DNA of 64,000 nucleotides from the human T2T-CHM13v2.0 reference genome, Homo sapiens. Made by a program: the position numbers and the translations under genes. Positions 1 to 14,285 of this stretch are shown piece after piece. How positions within the stretch are numbered: position 1 is the first letter of the stretch; each line of letters opens with the position of its first letter. The notes below the pieces were generated by a model. That model saw only the letters and a list, made by a program, of their open reading frames with translations, searched no databases and was not told the DNA's origin. Location of the stretch: assembly GCF_009914755.1 (NCBI RefSeq), contig NC_060938.1, one strand, 5' to 3'.

Positions 1-251
1 TCAAGATGATACCTCAATACCACCATAAGGTGGTCAGGTTCACTACTGAAGAAGTGATTTAGATAGTGCAAGGTGTGAATTGTGAGAGCACCTTAAGTAC
101 TGGAGTTCCAAGAGAAAGCATCAGCAGGACTACTGTTGGGACAATTAGGCTGCATGGGGGAGGAGAGAGGCTGTGGCTCATTTGTTAGCTAGAAATGTTA
201 TCAGAGGGAGTGATGGGCTAACAATAATAACGTAGTATGTTATCTTACTGA

Positions 252-430
252 GCCAACATTTACTGAGCACTTACCCAAAGCCAGGCACTGTTCTACACAT
301 CCTTCCAATTCTTTAAGCTTTACGTCAATGGAAAGATATAGCTGTTTTTTCTACCACAACACTGCAAATGGAGAAACTGAGGCCAGGGGAGTAAACTAAC
401 TTGTGAGAGGGCACAGAGCTGATAAGTGAT
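252..430 (-). mobile_element. MIR SINE fragment
   Basis: Reverse-complement MIR motifs 'aacatttactgagcacttac...ccaggcactgttcta...gaaactgaggc'; boundaries approximate. Confidence 0.75.
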
Positions 431-469
431 AGATCCAGAAAACACTAGAGCTGGGAATTTGGAAAATGC

Positions 470-690
470 CATGTAGAAGTACAGACCTGGAACTCAGGGG
501 TCAAATTGTCTGAGCTCCTATCGGGCCTTCACCCCTTGCCAGCTCCAGGAACCAGCTTCCTAAACTCTGAGCCTCACGTTCCTCCTCTGTGAGACAGAAC
601 AATCATTGAATCTACTTTCTAACGTGAGATTGAGAAATAATCAAACTTATGGCTCATAACTAGTGACCAATAAATATTGGTTAATACTAC
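470..690 (+). mobile_element. MIR SINE fragment
   Basis: 'ctctgagcctcacgttcctcctctgt...caataaatattgg' matches the MIR core and 3' end; boundaries approximate. Confidence 0.65.
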
Positions 691-1475
691 CATTAACTAT
701 AAATTGTCCTAAGTCTTTTCAAACACATTTGAATGTGGAGCTATTAGTACAGTATATTCTTTGCTTCGAAATTCCCTCAGTCTGACTTTGATTCCTCTGA
801 ATCTGTTCTTTGTATCAGGATTTGGCAAATGAGGCCATAGTCCCTCCATTTATAAATTCATAAATATTATGATATTGTAAACAGCAGGGAAAAGTCCTGA
901 GGACGTTTTTAGACAGCCCCTGGAAAAGCCCCAGGAGTGCGCATGTTGTCCCAGACTCTGTTGGGTCTGGAAACATAAGCAACAACGGCACTGCTGATTG
1001 AATGCAGATTCGATGGGCTCCAAGGGACCTGGAGGCGAATCTCACCTGACCCCTGCCTTCGAGGAGGGCGACATGCAAATCACTCCCACCAGCATTCTGG
1101 GTGCGTACACAGCCAGTCCCTCAGGTGTCTCATCCTGAGGAAGACCCATATGATCAGCTCAGCAGACTCCATCTTGTTTTATGAACATCCCTAATTATTT
1201 TAGACAATGGGATTTTCAAATTTTGAGGATTTTCTTTTCTTTCCAGTAGTTCTTGATTTTAAAATCAAGATCAGATCCTACGATCCCATATTCCAAGTGC
1301 TCACATCCTAATAATTTCTGGAGATTTCATGATCTTTAGAACAAGTTCAAATCTCAAACTGTTTTTTTTTCCCCTGACGTTCAGGATCTTTCAAACTCTC
1401 ATTCTTCTATTTATACAACAGAAATTTATCAGTTTTTATTTCTATCTTTCAATACTTTTACAAAGCACAGGATCT

Positions 1476-2193
1476 AGCATCTCTGAAATTGGGATGTACC
1501 TTAAAATCAATGGCATACTTCCAGGACACATTCTCAACACTGTATGCCAAGGAGCACTGATGACACAGTGGACACAGCCTGCATGCATGTGTACATCAGA
1601 GGACCTACATTGCAACTTGCAGATTCTCAGAGATAATGGTAACCTGGACATAATGGTAACCAAGATTTAAGGGCACAGAATGTTTTTTAACCCCCTGGAC
1701 TCAAACAGTTGTGGGAAGTGGTGAACCAGTTGGGTTTATCAACATTCCCAAATAGGAGTCAAAAATAGGCCCGCTGTCCATAATTGCAAAGCCAACTTAA
1801 TTGTCTGGCTTCAATAACCTTTGTTCTTTGGTGCATTCTTTTAAGCAACACTGCATCATCATCATTCTTGATGGCAGAAAAACAAACACTCTATGGAACC
1901 AACACAGACTCCAACTGCCAAAGTGACTCAAGAAAGTTGCAACCTGTGAACGAGTTTTAAGACTATTAAGACCGTACCTTCCTTTTGATCACAAGAATTA
2001 TATATAATGAAGCTCTACGTCTACTTAAATCTAAAGGATTTCTTTTGTAAGTGTAAAATACAATTTCTAAGTAATAATAAAGAATTGTGCTGTGGTTTTA
2101 TTATCAATGTTATTTTTTTCTTTTTTATTGGTAGTACTGAAGATATTGTTTCATCTTACAATTGATGATATCTTAGATTCAATAAAATATGGT
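1476..2193. mobile_element. TcMar-Tc2 DNA transposon relic (Kanga/MER104-like)
   Basis: 'catctctgaaattgggatgtaccttaaaatcaatggc' near the start and 'catcttacaattgatgatatcttagattcaataaaatatgg' at the end resemble recalled Kanga/MER104 terminal sequences. Confidence 0.6.
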
Positions 2194-2469
2194 TGTGTGC
2201 TAATCACAGACCATACTGGGATCAGAGACACCGAAGAACAGAGATAGCCCTTGCTGTAAGGACTCAGAATCTGCTAAAATGATATCAGCCCCCAGGTCCT
2301 CTAGGTATGATTTCCTTGGACTATCCCTTCCGTACTGATGCACATTTACTTATCCTTCAAGACCCAGGTTAAATAACATCTCCAAAGAGATATTTTCCCA
2401 GATAGTGCATCATCTCTCATTCTCTGCAGAAATAACAACTTCTTCCTTGGCACCTCTATAATGTTTTTA

Positions 2470-2700
2470 TTATAGTCGTGGGCACTGGAGCCAGGCACCT
2501 TGGTTTAAATCCTGGCACATCCTTTTGCTACTTCTGTGGCCTTAGGCAAGATAATTAGGTACACCGAGCCTCAGTATCTTCATTTATATTGTGGATCTAT
2601 ATCTCATTCTCATCTCAGATAACTATTTTAAGGATTAAATGCATTAATATGGGTAAGGCACTTAGAAGAGTATCTAGCATAAAGTAAGCAGATTTGACCA
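2470..2700 (+). mobile_element. MIR SINE
   Basis: 'ctggagccagg...tttaaatcctggc...gagcctcagt...aggattaaatg...gcacttagaa'. Confidence 0.8.
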
Positions 2701-3423
2701 TTATCACGCCACAGTGTCAGCCTTGATCCCACTGTAATTTGGTTCATTGTGATGTGGGTCTGCATGTAAGCTCCTGGAGGCTGAAATGATGCCTGCTGTC
2801 AGCTTCATTTCTTTCTCTGCAGAGAGTACGGCATTTGGCTCAAAGGACAGAGTCGTTCATTAAGCCCATCCACAAACATTTGCTAAACACCTAGTACACA
2901 TTAGCAATTGTTCTAAGCTCTAATAATAAAGCTCTTAAAAATATATGTGGAATGAATGAGCTAATAATTATTCACTTTACAAATAGTGGTGTGATAGCCA
3001 GAAAACACACCAAGCACTTGGGATGCATGAACTCTGCACGTGATCTCTGTCATGTTTTGTGTATTTTGCATAATGTTTATTTGTTTAAACCAATAAATAC
3101 TTTCCTAAAATTACAACCACCACACCTGATAGCATGGTCTTGTAGACTGCTGTCTGGTTCAACTTAACTCCCCTAAGGGGCTATCTCTGACTCATCAGGG
3201 ATCATGCCTCTTTGTAATGTTAAAAGTCTCCACATGGAGTCTGCCGGAGTTAGATTCCAAATGTTTCAACTTCAGCTGTTCACTACTCTCCCTCTGCTCT
3301 CCGAGTTGTCTCAGCTATGAACCTTGTCTCCAGCCTGTACTCTTTCTCAATACTTCCAAGCTGACATAGGCTCAATTTCTTTTTTGGTTGTGTTTTTGTT
3401 TCTCTATCTCAGCCCTTCTTCCT

Positions 3424-3797
3424 TGCTATAAACCAAATGTTTGTGTTCCTGCAAGTTCATATGTTGAAATCCTAACCCCCAATGAGAGAATATTCGGAGG
3501 GAGGGGGGACTTTGGGAGGAGATTAAGTCATGAGGGCAGAGCCTTCAAGAATGAGATTATCAAAGAGACCTCAGAGAGCTTGTTTGCCCAATTTGCCATG
3601 TGAAGATACAGTTAGAAGACGGCCATCTATGAACCAGGAAACAGGCCCCCATCAGACACTGAAAGTGCCAGTACTTTGATCTTGAACTTCTCAGGCTGCA
3701 GAACTGTGAGCAATAGATTGCTGTCCTTTATAGACCTCCGATTGTAGACCTCCCAGTCTATGGTATTCTGTTATAGCAGCCTGAATGGACTAAGACA
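3424..3797 (+). mobile_element. MaLR solo LTR (MLT1A/MLT1A0-like)
   Basis: Starts TGCTATA...'ttcatatgttgaaatcctaacccccaatg' and ends 'gcagcctgaatggactaagaCA'; TG...CA termini; about 375 bp. Confidence 0.85.
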
Positions 3798-3974
3798 ATC
3801 CCAAGCATAACTTTCTAGATAACATTTGCCTTCCCTCATAGGCAACCTCCCCAGTTTCTCCTCACCTGACAGCAGCTGCAGAAAGGTGATGTGTAGCTGC
3901 AGGTGCTGCTCACCTATTATTTCCTAGTCTCCAACTTCTGGGCACAGGGTAAGTCTGTTTCAGGAACTCTGTAA

Positions 3975-4235
3975 CAGCTTTGGCCAATGTGTTGTGAACT
4001 AAGGAAATATGGCTCACTTCCAGGTAAAGCATTTGTTTGCATGTGAAGACCCTTCAGTTCTCTGTAGCCTTCTGACCTGGTGATAAGAATAGTCATCAGG
4101 CTGAGTTTTGGAGTGAGAAGTCAAGGAATAGAACCCCGTTGACCTCATGATGGACTTGGGGCATGAGAAAGGAATAATGATCAGATGCTATTAGTGATTA
4201 ATATCTGGGAGTTTCCTAATACTGCTGCAGAGTGG
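3975..4235 (+). mobile_element. Old ERVL/MaLR-type LTR fragment (MLT1J/LTR33-like)
   Basis: 'tggccaatg...tcacttccagg...agcattt' motif, shared with 15670-15980; subfamily uncertain. Confidence 0.45.
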
Positions 4236-5519
4236 ATACAATTGTCCAGACTGCTAAGGGCCGACAACATTTTCTACATCCTTAAGCTCTATTTCCTTTT
4301 GGCTCATTATAACGACACATTAACTGTTCACGTACTGTGGATGAAATCCATGTGACATTTTTGGTAAAACCTCAGCCAAACATTTTCAGGTCTCTCTGTG
4401 TGTATCCTATGGAAGATGGCCTGTGTTGCCAAGTTGTATGCTGATGAACCAGTACTGGCATTTATTACAATTGAAAAGTAGCAGAAAGCTGTCTAATAAA
4501 ACTTCTATTGTTTAGTGAACAGGGCTGGAATTAGGTAATGGTGGCAGGCACATTATAAGCAATTGTGCTTGATGCAGGGTTCACTTAGATTCATTTGTGG
4601 CATGGAGTCATTTCCAAATGCCAGTCTCCACTCTGTGTGCAGTACCAGCATCTAATATTTCTAAACATATTTCGGCTCAGTGACACCTTAATGGTATACA
4701 ATAACACTCGGCGTCCCTCTTAGAAAAATGGATACTCTCATTTCTCTAAACATTGGGCCTTTACCTTTAACCATTTCCATTTAAATGCAAATTTCAATCA
4801 TGTCCACCTTTCTTGTTCCAACATGAGCATACATGTTGGAAATGATAGCAGCTTGAATCCAAATTTCAAGAGGCTGGGAGCTGCTTCCTACAGGAGTCCT
4901 AGACAAGTTTAAATGGTTATTTTTTGTGTGGCTTCATGTTGCTGAGATTAAGCTCTAAGGGAGTATTTTGCCTTTATTGGGAGGAGTGGCTAAGTCAGAA
5001 GAAGGAAGGACGGCTTTCAGAGCAGGAGACAGACACAGGGATGGATGTCCCAGAAGTGAGTAACACCTTAATGGACCCTGGCTTATAATCTTAGACATGG
5101 ACCCCCAAAGACAGAATTCAGGGCCCAGGGCATCCTCAAGGGCTTTGATGTACAATGACTGCACTGAGTTTTCCTTCCTGAGGGCGGTCTTAGTTTCTCA
5201 GCATATAACCTCTGTCATTGTCATCAAGTCCTGAGTTAACGAGTTCATGCTCCCTGGCCTGATCCATCCTACCTTATCTATAGACAGGATTTTGGGGTCC
5301 AGGTCAGGCTAGACCAGGAGAACAGCCTTGCTAACAGTAGGGGAAGAAGGGGTCTGCACAACCTTGGAAGGCACTGGAAGGGAAGGGGTTTACTGGGCTA
5401 AGTCCTTAGGAGGGCAAAGACGGGGAGTGACAGGCCTTCAGGGTACCACCCAGTGAGAGTGCCAGGACTCAGTGATGAGGGCTTGTGGACTTCAGAAGCT
5501 TCTAGAAGTTTGTCTTTTC

Positions 5520-5745
5520 AAAGAAAGAACACTAGTTCAGGATCTAGACTGCATGGGTTCAAATCAGGCAATTTCATTTCCCAGATGTGGGACCATGAAC
5601 AAGGCTGTTTACTTGGGTCTGAGTTTTTGCAAACACAGAGCCAAAAAAAACAGTAGTTACACTCATGGAGCCGTACCAAGGACAAATATGCTAATGACGC
5701 AGGCACATAGCTTAGAACAGTGTTTGCTCCCCTGCAAGTGTGCAG
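5520..5745 (+). mobile_element. MIR SINE
   Basis: 'agactgcatgggttcaaatc...ctgagtttt...gcttagaacagtg'. Confidence 0.65.
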
Positions 5746-6099
5746 GGAAATTTGGGTAGGATCCAGTGCAGAGGATGAGGGGGCAAGAGGTCATGGTATT
5801 TGCCCTTCTCCTTTGTCACCTGGTGGCCTGAAAGATTTCCTCATGTTCAGCAGTGAAATCCTTCAAGCTGAAAGGCCTTCCCTTGGGATGGAAAACGGAT
5901 CAAAGAGAAACTGTTGTTACAAAGGCCTGAGTTGTCCTGAGATCAGAGAAAGGCCCTTGAGGAAGCATATCTAACAGGAGAAGGACACAGGCTTACTGTT
6001 GAAAGCAAAGAAGAAAAGGGAGGTTGTGGAGCGACCAAGCCCTAGATTGAGGCTTGGTCCTGATGGTTGCTATTTACAAACTGCATGATGTTGTTATCA

Positions 6100-6600
6100 T
6101 GAACTGATATAATATTATTTAACATTCTCTTCCCAATTGGGAAGGTGAGATGTGACTCACTAAAAACTCCAGAGTGGCTGTAGTTTGCGTTAATAAAAAA
6201 ATGAGGTCAAAGCCAAGACAGGTGGATCCCTGAGCAGTGCTGGTTAAACAGCTCTGAGGTTTATCTTTGCTTCAGGGCTATGCCCTTGAACAGGAGTAGA
6301 AGCAAAATATGAGAAGACCTCAGAGGAGCCTGTCTACAATCAGAGAGGATGCATCAGGCCATGTCCTGTGAGACGGAAGGGAAGGGAGGATGGAGGGCAA
6401 AGCCTCCTAAACAGCCTCTTTCTGGAAGATTCGCCTTATGGTAAGCAGCCAAGAGTGGCAGAACTGAGCACACTGGGAGGATTAAAGGGCTGGGAAGGCA
6501 AGATTTTCCCATAATCTGGATTTCGTATCAAGATCAAAGAGGCTGTCTACCAGTGATGAACACCCCTTCAACAGAGAGATGCAAGGTGCTTCCTGATTTA
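6100..6600 (+). mobile_element. L3/CR1 LINE fragment
   Basis: Degenerate CR1 3' ORF motifs ('gtggcagaactgag', 'gtgatgaacacccct'); boundaries approximate. Confidence 0.45.
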
Positions 6601-7022
6601 CATAGGAGACGATTGAGGTGGATATTGGGTTGCTAATGGGATCAAGATTCTCAGATTGCCTCCCCGAGAGAAGTTTCCTGCTTCTGTATATGTCAGGGAC
6701 TAAGGAATTGCCATGAAAATGTTATTCCCTTAACAGCCAGCAAAGGGAGCTTCTTATTCTAAAGGCAGTCAGATGTGTTCTTCCCTTCTAAAGAAAGACT
6801 TGAATGTTGGAGTCAGAGATGCAGGGAGATGGTGGTAAAAGAAAGAGGAGCTCACTGCTCTGGCACCAAACGGGTTCAGCAATACTTGTCATGTATCCGG
6901 GACCTCCCTGGAGGAGGAGAAATGACTTCTGCAGCCTCCACTGGAACTGGGCCGAGGCTGTGTGAGGAAGTGAGCATGAAACCTGTGATCTGTCACTCGC
7001 ACAGCCAGTTCATTTTTTATCA

Positions 7023-7357
<335 letters not shown>

Positions 7358-7363
7358 GTCTTG

Positions 7364-7764
<401 letters not shown>

Positions 7765-8479
7765 TCAGGCAGGATACAGACTGACATGTGACTTGCAGTT
7801 GGGGGTAGTTTGACCATCTTACAAAATCAGCCTTCTATTTCAGTTTCTTTGCTCAGTCATTTATTAGCTTAGAATGGGAGAAATTAGCCTATGGGCATAT
7901 TGATTTCTTTGTCTGTAAAATGGGGATATCAACACTTGGCCCAGTTGATAATCCTGAGAATTAAAGGAGAAAAGGGATAGGAAAAAGTCTAACAGAACCT
8001 GGAACCTGATGAGTCTTCACCGAGTGCTATTTTCTGGAACTACATTTAGCCTGGGCTCCCTAAGATCTGTGGCATGCACTTTTCTCTGCATTTCCTTCAT
8101 CAGATGATTCCCATGAGAACTAAAGCTCAGAGAGGGTAAGTGATTTGTTCAAAGGCACACAGTTGAAAAGAAGCTGCTTTAAGTGAAAGCTGCTGGCCTG
8201 GAGGCCTGTCCACCTGAAATTTGTATTCTCTGCTCCACTGGCCCCAAGCTCTCTTTAAAGAGCTCTCCTGATAAAGAGATCAAGACTCAAAGGCAGCAGC
8301 CCATTTTGTACTTGGAAGGATGGCCTAGGACTCTTCCTGAAGCTCCTAGCCATTTACCTTGGGACAGGGGTGAGAATGAGTGAAGCTGCTGATTTACTGT
8401 TGGGCACAGGTGCTGATGTCAATGAGAAACACCATGCAATGCTGAGATTCAGGAATCCTGGATTCCAGATAAATTAATC

Positions 8480-8730
8480 TATTGCAGCATTTTCCAAAAT
8501 TTGTTCTATTAAACTTGTTCTTTAAATGAAAAGTAACTTGCATTTAAGTGGGCAATACCACTGACTTGCTCCTCTCCGATATTCTCATACCCGTTTGCAA
8601 AATAGAGGCTCTGAGAAGTTCTCAAAGAACCTGGGTTTCATCTGAGCTTTTCCAAAGATCTTGGAATATGGAACCGCGTTTGTCACTTGACACCTTCTAA
8701 CAAGTCACAGAACCTACTGTGGCAAATGCT
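8480..8730. mobile_element. hAT-Charlie-type MITE relic
   Basis: 'cagcattttccaaa...ggctctgagaagt...ggcaaatgct' resembles hAT-Charlie termini and internal motif. Confidence 0.4.
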
Positions 8731-8749
8731 ACTTTATTTAAACACTCAT

Positions 8750-9030
8750 TTCACGGTATTTCGGCCTCTGTTGAATCTGCTTGATGCCAGGCACTGAGTT
8801 GGGCTCCAAAGATATTCACATACATTCTGTTTCAGAAGAGTTTCAGGTCTAATGGAAGAGACCAACATATAAGCAATTTTTAAAAATGCAGTGTGATAAT
8901 GTTTTGAAGTCATCCAGCAGAGGACATTTGACTCATATGGGGCAGGGTTTCATAGAGGAGGCTATGGGTAAGCTGAGTCCTAAAAGATGAGTGGGAGATA
9001 GCCAGGTGATGGAAGGGACTTGGGAAGAAC
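8750..9030 (-). mobile_element. L2 LINE 3' fragment
   Basis: 'tgccaggcactgag...caggtctaatggaagagac...agctgagtcctaaaagatgagtggga'. Confidence 0.65.
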
Positions 9031-11079
9031 CTTCTTGAGTTGATTTCTGTGTATTACTGTTGGTAAAGTGCTTGAGATCATTTGATCTATAAGTTTCCTT
9101 AGTTCTGACATGTGGGGCAAAGGTACGTTTTCCTGGAATCTTCATGAAGCATTTATGCTTTTGGTCTGAATTTGATCTATGATTCTAAAATAAACTGAGA
9201 GCTTTTCTCTCTTTAGTACATCTGCAAGAGTGTCCGTGAGTGCCCGGGCCACAGAAGGGAAGCTGCTTTGGTGTGGTCGATATTCCACTAAGGGGTGGGG
9301 AAACATTCCTCACCATCCCCTGCTGGCCTCCCACCCACCACCACATCTGGAATGGCCCATCGGGCTTACCTTAGAAGGACACGAGCCACATCTTGTAGCA
9401 GAAAATGCCGTCGACTAAAGCCTAAAGTCTTTGTTTAATGTCTTGACTCTACTCCTTGAAATCTTGGACAATTAATAAATACTTGGAAAATGGGCTTCAT
9501 GATCACTGTTTTACAAAGTCTCTGGATGAAATCCTGTGGCACCCAGCCAGATGAGCACAGGTACTCAAGTTATCTCAAGTGTTTTAGATCTCTGTCCACT
9601 TCCCACTCCGACTTCTGCCTCCTGGAAATTTAGTGGTCTTCGGAATAAAATGGGGATGCATTGATCTATCTTCAAGAATGCAGTGAAGGTCAGATGACAT
9701 GCTGTATGTGAGAGCACTTTATAAAAAAAAGGGGATAATTTGAGATGTGATTCCATCTTTCCCATGACCCAGGAAGAATTTGAGGGCCTTACCAACAAGA
9801 TTTGATATATGGTTCTAAGCCCTGGGAAGACCTAGAAGATGTTTGGCTTGGCGAAGTGTGCAAAAGGGACTTGCACCTACTAAGTCAGAAAGATGTAACA
9901 AGGTCACTGCCTAAATGTTCCTAAGGACAAAGCCCACCGTCTAAACCTCAGCCCTCTTCAAACCCAGTGCCTATGTGTGGGGTAAATAAAGAAGGAACCT
10001 GAGCCCAGATGAAACGTGCAGCTGAACCAGGTACTTGGAACCACATAATTATGACCTGGAATGGAAGTGGATGTAGACGTTATACTTAGAGGCTGTTATG
10101 TACAAGTGTCTTTGTCAGCAGTCCCTGCATAGGGATTGAAGATTGATTGAGGAGGGTTTTGGGTTTTGCTACTTAGCATGCTATTGAAGTGAGAGGAACA
10201 TACATGTGAAAGACAGCAGCAGCTGGAGGTAAAAGAGTGTCACTTAAGGCCAAAAATCAGACCAATGACCACAGAAGAGCAAAATGGAACAAAATAGAAG
10301 AATATTTACCTGGCTGTGGTTTCTTCATGAGGTTACAAAGTTTTTAAGAGCAAGAAACGGGTCTGAGTCAGAAAGCCTGGGACAGAGGACGAGAGTTACA
10401 GGATTGGTATGAGCTCATTCAAGGAATGATTGGATTGACAGATAGATGAATGGATGAATTTGTGTATGTGCTCATAAACAGGCTTCCTCCCTCTCATTGT
10501 CATCATCATCACAGTCCTACCAGCTCTTCCCTCTCCCCGAGCTGCTCCTTTCTGAGGTCTGCAATTGGATGGCCCCCTCTCATCATTTGGCTTCAGCTCA
10601 GATGTTTAGTTGCCCTCAGGAAGCTGCCTCCTACATCTGTGACCTCATCACTTGCCATTGTCTACCACCACACCTTGGCTCATGTTCCACAGCACTCACC
10701 TCTCTTAAGGAATTCACGTAAGTGGTATGTGCTAGATATTTACTGTCTGTTTCCCCATCCCTCAATGGTATATCAACCACACCAAAGCAACAAGTATGGT
10801 GATCCTGTTGACTTCTGTTTGTCCAGAAATGAGGACAGTGCCTAACACATGGCAGGTACTCAAGAACTATTGATAGGATTTATAAACTACTGATAGAATT
10901 TAGAATCACAGGTCAAGTTCAGACCCAAAGCAACTTTATCAACCTCACATAGTTACTACTTGCAGAGAAGAGAGATCATCCTGGCCTTGGTTCTTTATAA
11001 ACTTTATTGCAAATTCTTGTGTTGCTTCTGTAAGATAGATGACATTAGCTGCAGCTTATGGATTAGCAACCTCAAAACA

Positions 11080-11113
11080 TACACACACGCGCACACACAC
11101 ACACACACACACA
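11080..11113. repeat. (CA)n microsatellite, interrupted
   Basis: 'acacacacgcgcacacacacacacacacacaca'. Confidence 0.95.
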
Positions 11114-12049
11114 TATTTGTTTTTCTGCTAGGCAAAACTCCTGGGGATCTCAGAAAGTCCCCAGAAATGTCACAGCCAAGGTCCTAACTTTCTGGGCTAT
11201 AGGCCCAGCTGGTCAAGAATCCAGGGCACAGGGGACAAGCAGGACCAATGTTTAAGAACATCCCCCTTCCAGGGCCACCGCCAGCTTCCCAGGGCCAGGA
11301 CAGTGCACTGCACGATATGGCTCACTCCCAGAGGACAGTGTCCTAACCAGAGTCAGATGTTTCAGCTACAGGAGAGAGGCCAGTCTCTATATGTTTGGGA
11401 AAACTTGAAAGAATTCTGGAAGAGCCATAAATCTTGAACTGGAGCCTTTTATCAACCTCTAATTTATCATGGTCTCTGAATTACTTTGACTGGAAAAGTC
11501 GTAATCCATATGTATTGGAAATTTGGTTGACACAGGCCTGCTTTTCATGACAAGAGCGGTTCTTGACACATGTGATTTAAGTTAAAGAGATTCCACGTGG
11601 TGGCGACTTGTCTCTACATCCCTCACACCTGTGCTGGTCATGCTCATTCATTCAGCAGACATTCTCAGACCATCTCCACATTGCCATGTCTTACATTTGT
11701 TTATAGAGAGGCAGGGAGAGAAGACAGTTCTACTCCCAAGACACTTGACATGGAATGAAAAAAATAGAGAAGCAGACAATTACATTTTAGTTTGATAAAT
11801 GCCAGAGAAGCCAAGCGTGGCGTCTTGTGAGGCCACCAAGTAAGGGCATATGACTAAACCTAGGGCCTCAGAGAAGGTTGCCTGGAAAAGGCAATGCCTC
11901 CTCTGAGACTTAAAAGCCTTCAGAAAGCAAGGACTGTATAAAGGCCTGAAGATGATAACATGAAATGGTGGGGAACTAAAATTAGCTAGGTGTGGCTTAA
12001 ACTAGAGCAGATGACATTGTAGGCATGTTGCTAGGGCCTGGCATATAGA

Positions 12050-12420
12050 AGGATCTCTTCTCTGAGCTCCAGACACACCCCATGGGCATGCCTCGCATCT
12101 GCATTTGGTTGGCTGATGGACCATCTCCAACCTAACGTGGCCAAAACAAAACTCTTGATTCCCTCCCGTGACCATACTTCTTCTCCCAAGCCTGTCTCAT
12201 GTCAGTTCTTCCCCATCTTGGCCCATGGCTCCACCGTGTGCCTGTTTGATCAGGCCCCAAATCTGGAAGTTAAACTTGTCTCTTCTCTTCCCGTAAACTC
12301 CCTCATCTGGTCCATCAGTGAGTCCTGCTGGTTTTACCTTCAAAGCACACCCCAATCTGTTTATGTGTCACCACCTTACTCTACCACCCTATCCCAGGCT
12401 TCTATCTGCTCTTATCGACT
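12050..12420 (+). mobile_element. L2 LINE ORF2 C-terminal fragment
   Basis: ORF 12116-12460 reads HLQPNVAKTKLLI, like the L2 RT C-terminal motif HLKLNMSKTELLI; typical L2 nucleotide motifs. Confidence 0.8.
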
Positions 12421-13731
12421 TCCTGTAGGTATTTCCTTTATAGGACTCTGGATTCCTTAGCAGCAGGAATGGTGACACAGTCATCATAGTGTCCCCAGCA
12501 CTGATCACAACTGCTTGGATACATGACTGCTTGTGCACCTTTGAGACTATTTGAAAGTCATAAAAAATTTCAATTTACCTTCAGTCCTTTCTCATACGTG
12601 TTTGGTAAAGGCAGGGTAAAAAGCATAAATGGCAAATCCTCCCAATTTGGGAATATCCCTGTGTACCAGCTCCTAAACCCTGTGCTAAGAACAAGAGTGT
12701 TCAGGGACACAAGAAGTGACCTTACGGAGCTTAGAGCCTAGTGGGCAAGGCAGAGGAACAGCCAGTCATAACAGAATGGGAAAGGACTCTAATGAAGGTC
12801 ATGGTGGGTGCTGGCAGGCTTGGCTCAGGGGTACCTACTGTGGCTTTGATGAGGTGAATCAGCTGCAATAGAGAAGGTTCTTGGGGCAGGAGATGCGGTG
12901 GCAGTGTGAGTTTGGGGGAAGACTCTGCATTGATCATTTTACATCTCTTTAGTGAGGATGACCACACAGCCATTTGCTTTTTGTGTCAGTGCGATCATTA
13001 GTAACCTGTCCTCCTCCTCACTTTTATTATCTAAACTGTCCCTGTATGAACAATACATTTAATGGCCACCCTATTTGTAGGAGAATATTGTCACTGCCAA
13101 GGCACCCACCAGTATGACAGAAGGAGCTTTTTCCTAATGCACTGTGGACTAAAGTAGAACCTTTCAGTTAGAAAAAACTCCCGAAGTCATCCTAAGGCCA
13201 CTTCCACTGTCCTGTGCACCAGCACTCACTGAACTGGGGAGTACGCATGCACACTGACACCCTAGTGTGTGTGAAGCATCCACAAAACACTTCCAGGTGC
13301 AACAGCCCACGGAAAGGAGAGCTCTTTACCTTGCAGATGAAGAAACAGGACTTAAGTCATTTTTTCACAAGGCCACATACTCAGTCCATGCTAGAACCAG
13401 CATTATCTGGATTCCAGAGTTTATTCACTTTTCTTACACTCTGTCGATGCTTACTTTGGCCCTTTCTGAGACAGCTAGAAACCAGGACCAAGTGGGTTCG
13501 TTCATATGATGCTGGTTTATTTCTTTAGTCTTTCTTACTATTTTTGCTTTGGTTGTTGTTAACACTCTTCCTCCTCCGTAAGTGCCACTAAAGGCAATTT
13601 GAAGCCTATGGACATCAGCCTGATTCTGGTTACTAACTACACCCTGACTCATGGTAAAACCTACACCTACCTTTCCAGTTTTGAGAAAAGTAGTTTATTT
13701 CGGGCCTATTTGCTTATTTCAGTTCAGGAGA

Positions 13732-14285
13732 TGTGATGGTTAATACGGAGTGGCAACTTAATTGGATTGAAGGATGCAAACTATTCTTCTTAGGTGTGTC
13801 TGTGAGGGTGTTACCAAAAGAGATTAACATTTGAGTCAGTGGACTGGGAAAGGCAGACCCACTCACCATCTGGGTGGGCACCATCTAATCAGCTGCCAGC
13901 GTGGCTAGGATGAAGCATGCAGAAGAAAGTAGAGTGAGCAGACTCGTTGAGTTTTCTGGCCTTCATGTTTCTCCCATGCTGGATGCTTCCTGCCCTCGAA
14001 CATTGGACTCCAAGTTCTTCAGCTTTTGGACTCTTGGACTGACACCAGTGATTTACCACGGGCTCTCAGGCCTTTGGACACAGACTGAAGGCTGCACTGT
14101 CAGCTTCCTTACTTTTGAGGTTTTGGAACTTGGGCTGGCTTCCTTCCTCCTCAGCTTGCAGATAGTCTATTGTAGAATTTCACCTTGTGATCGTGTGAGT
14201 CAATACTCCCTAATAAACTCTCTTTCATATATATTATACATCTATCTTATTAGGTCTTTCCCTCTAGAGAACCCTGACTAATACA
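13732..14285 (+). mobile_element. MLT2A1-like (HERV-L) solo LTR
   Basis: TGTGATGGTTAAT...CCCTGACTAATACA termini; perfect 5-bp TSD GGAGA (13727-13731 and 14286-14290); AATAAA at 14212. Confidence 0.92.
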
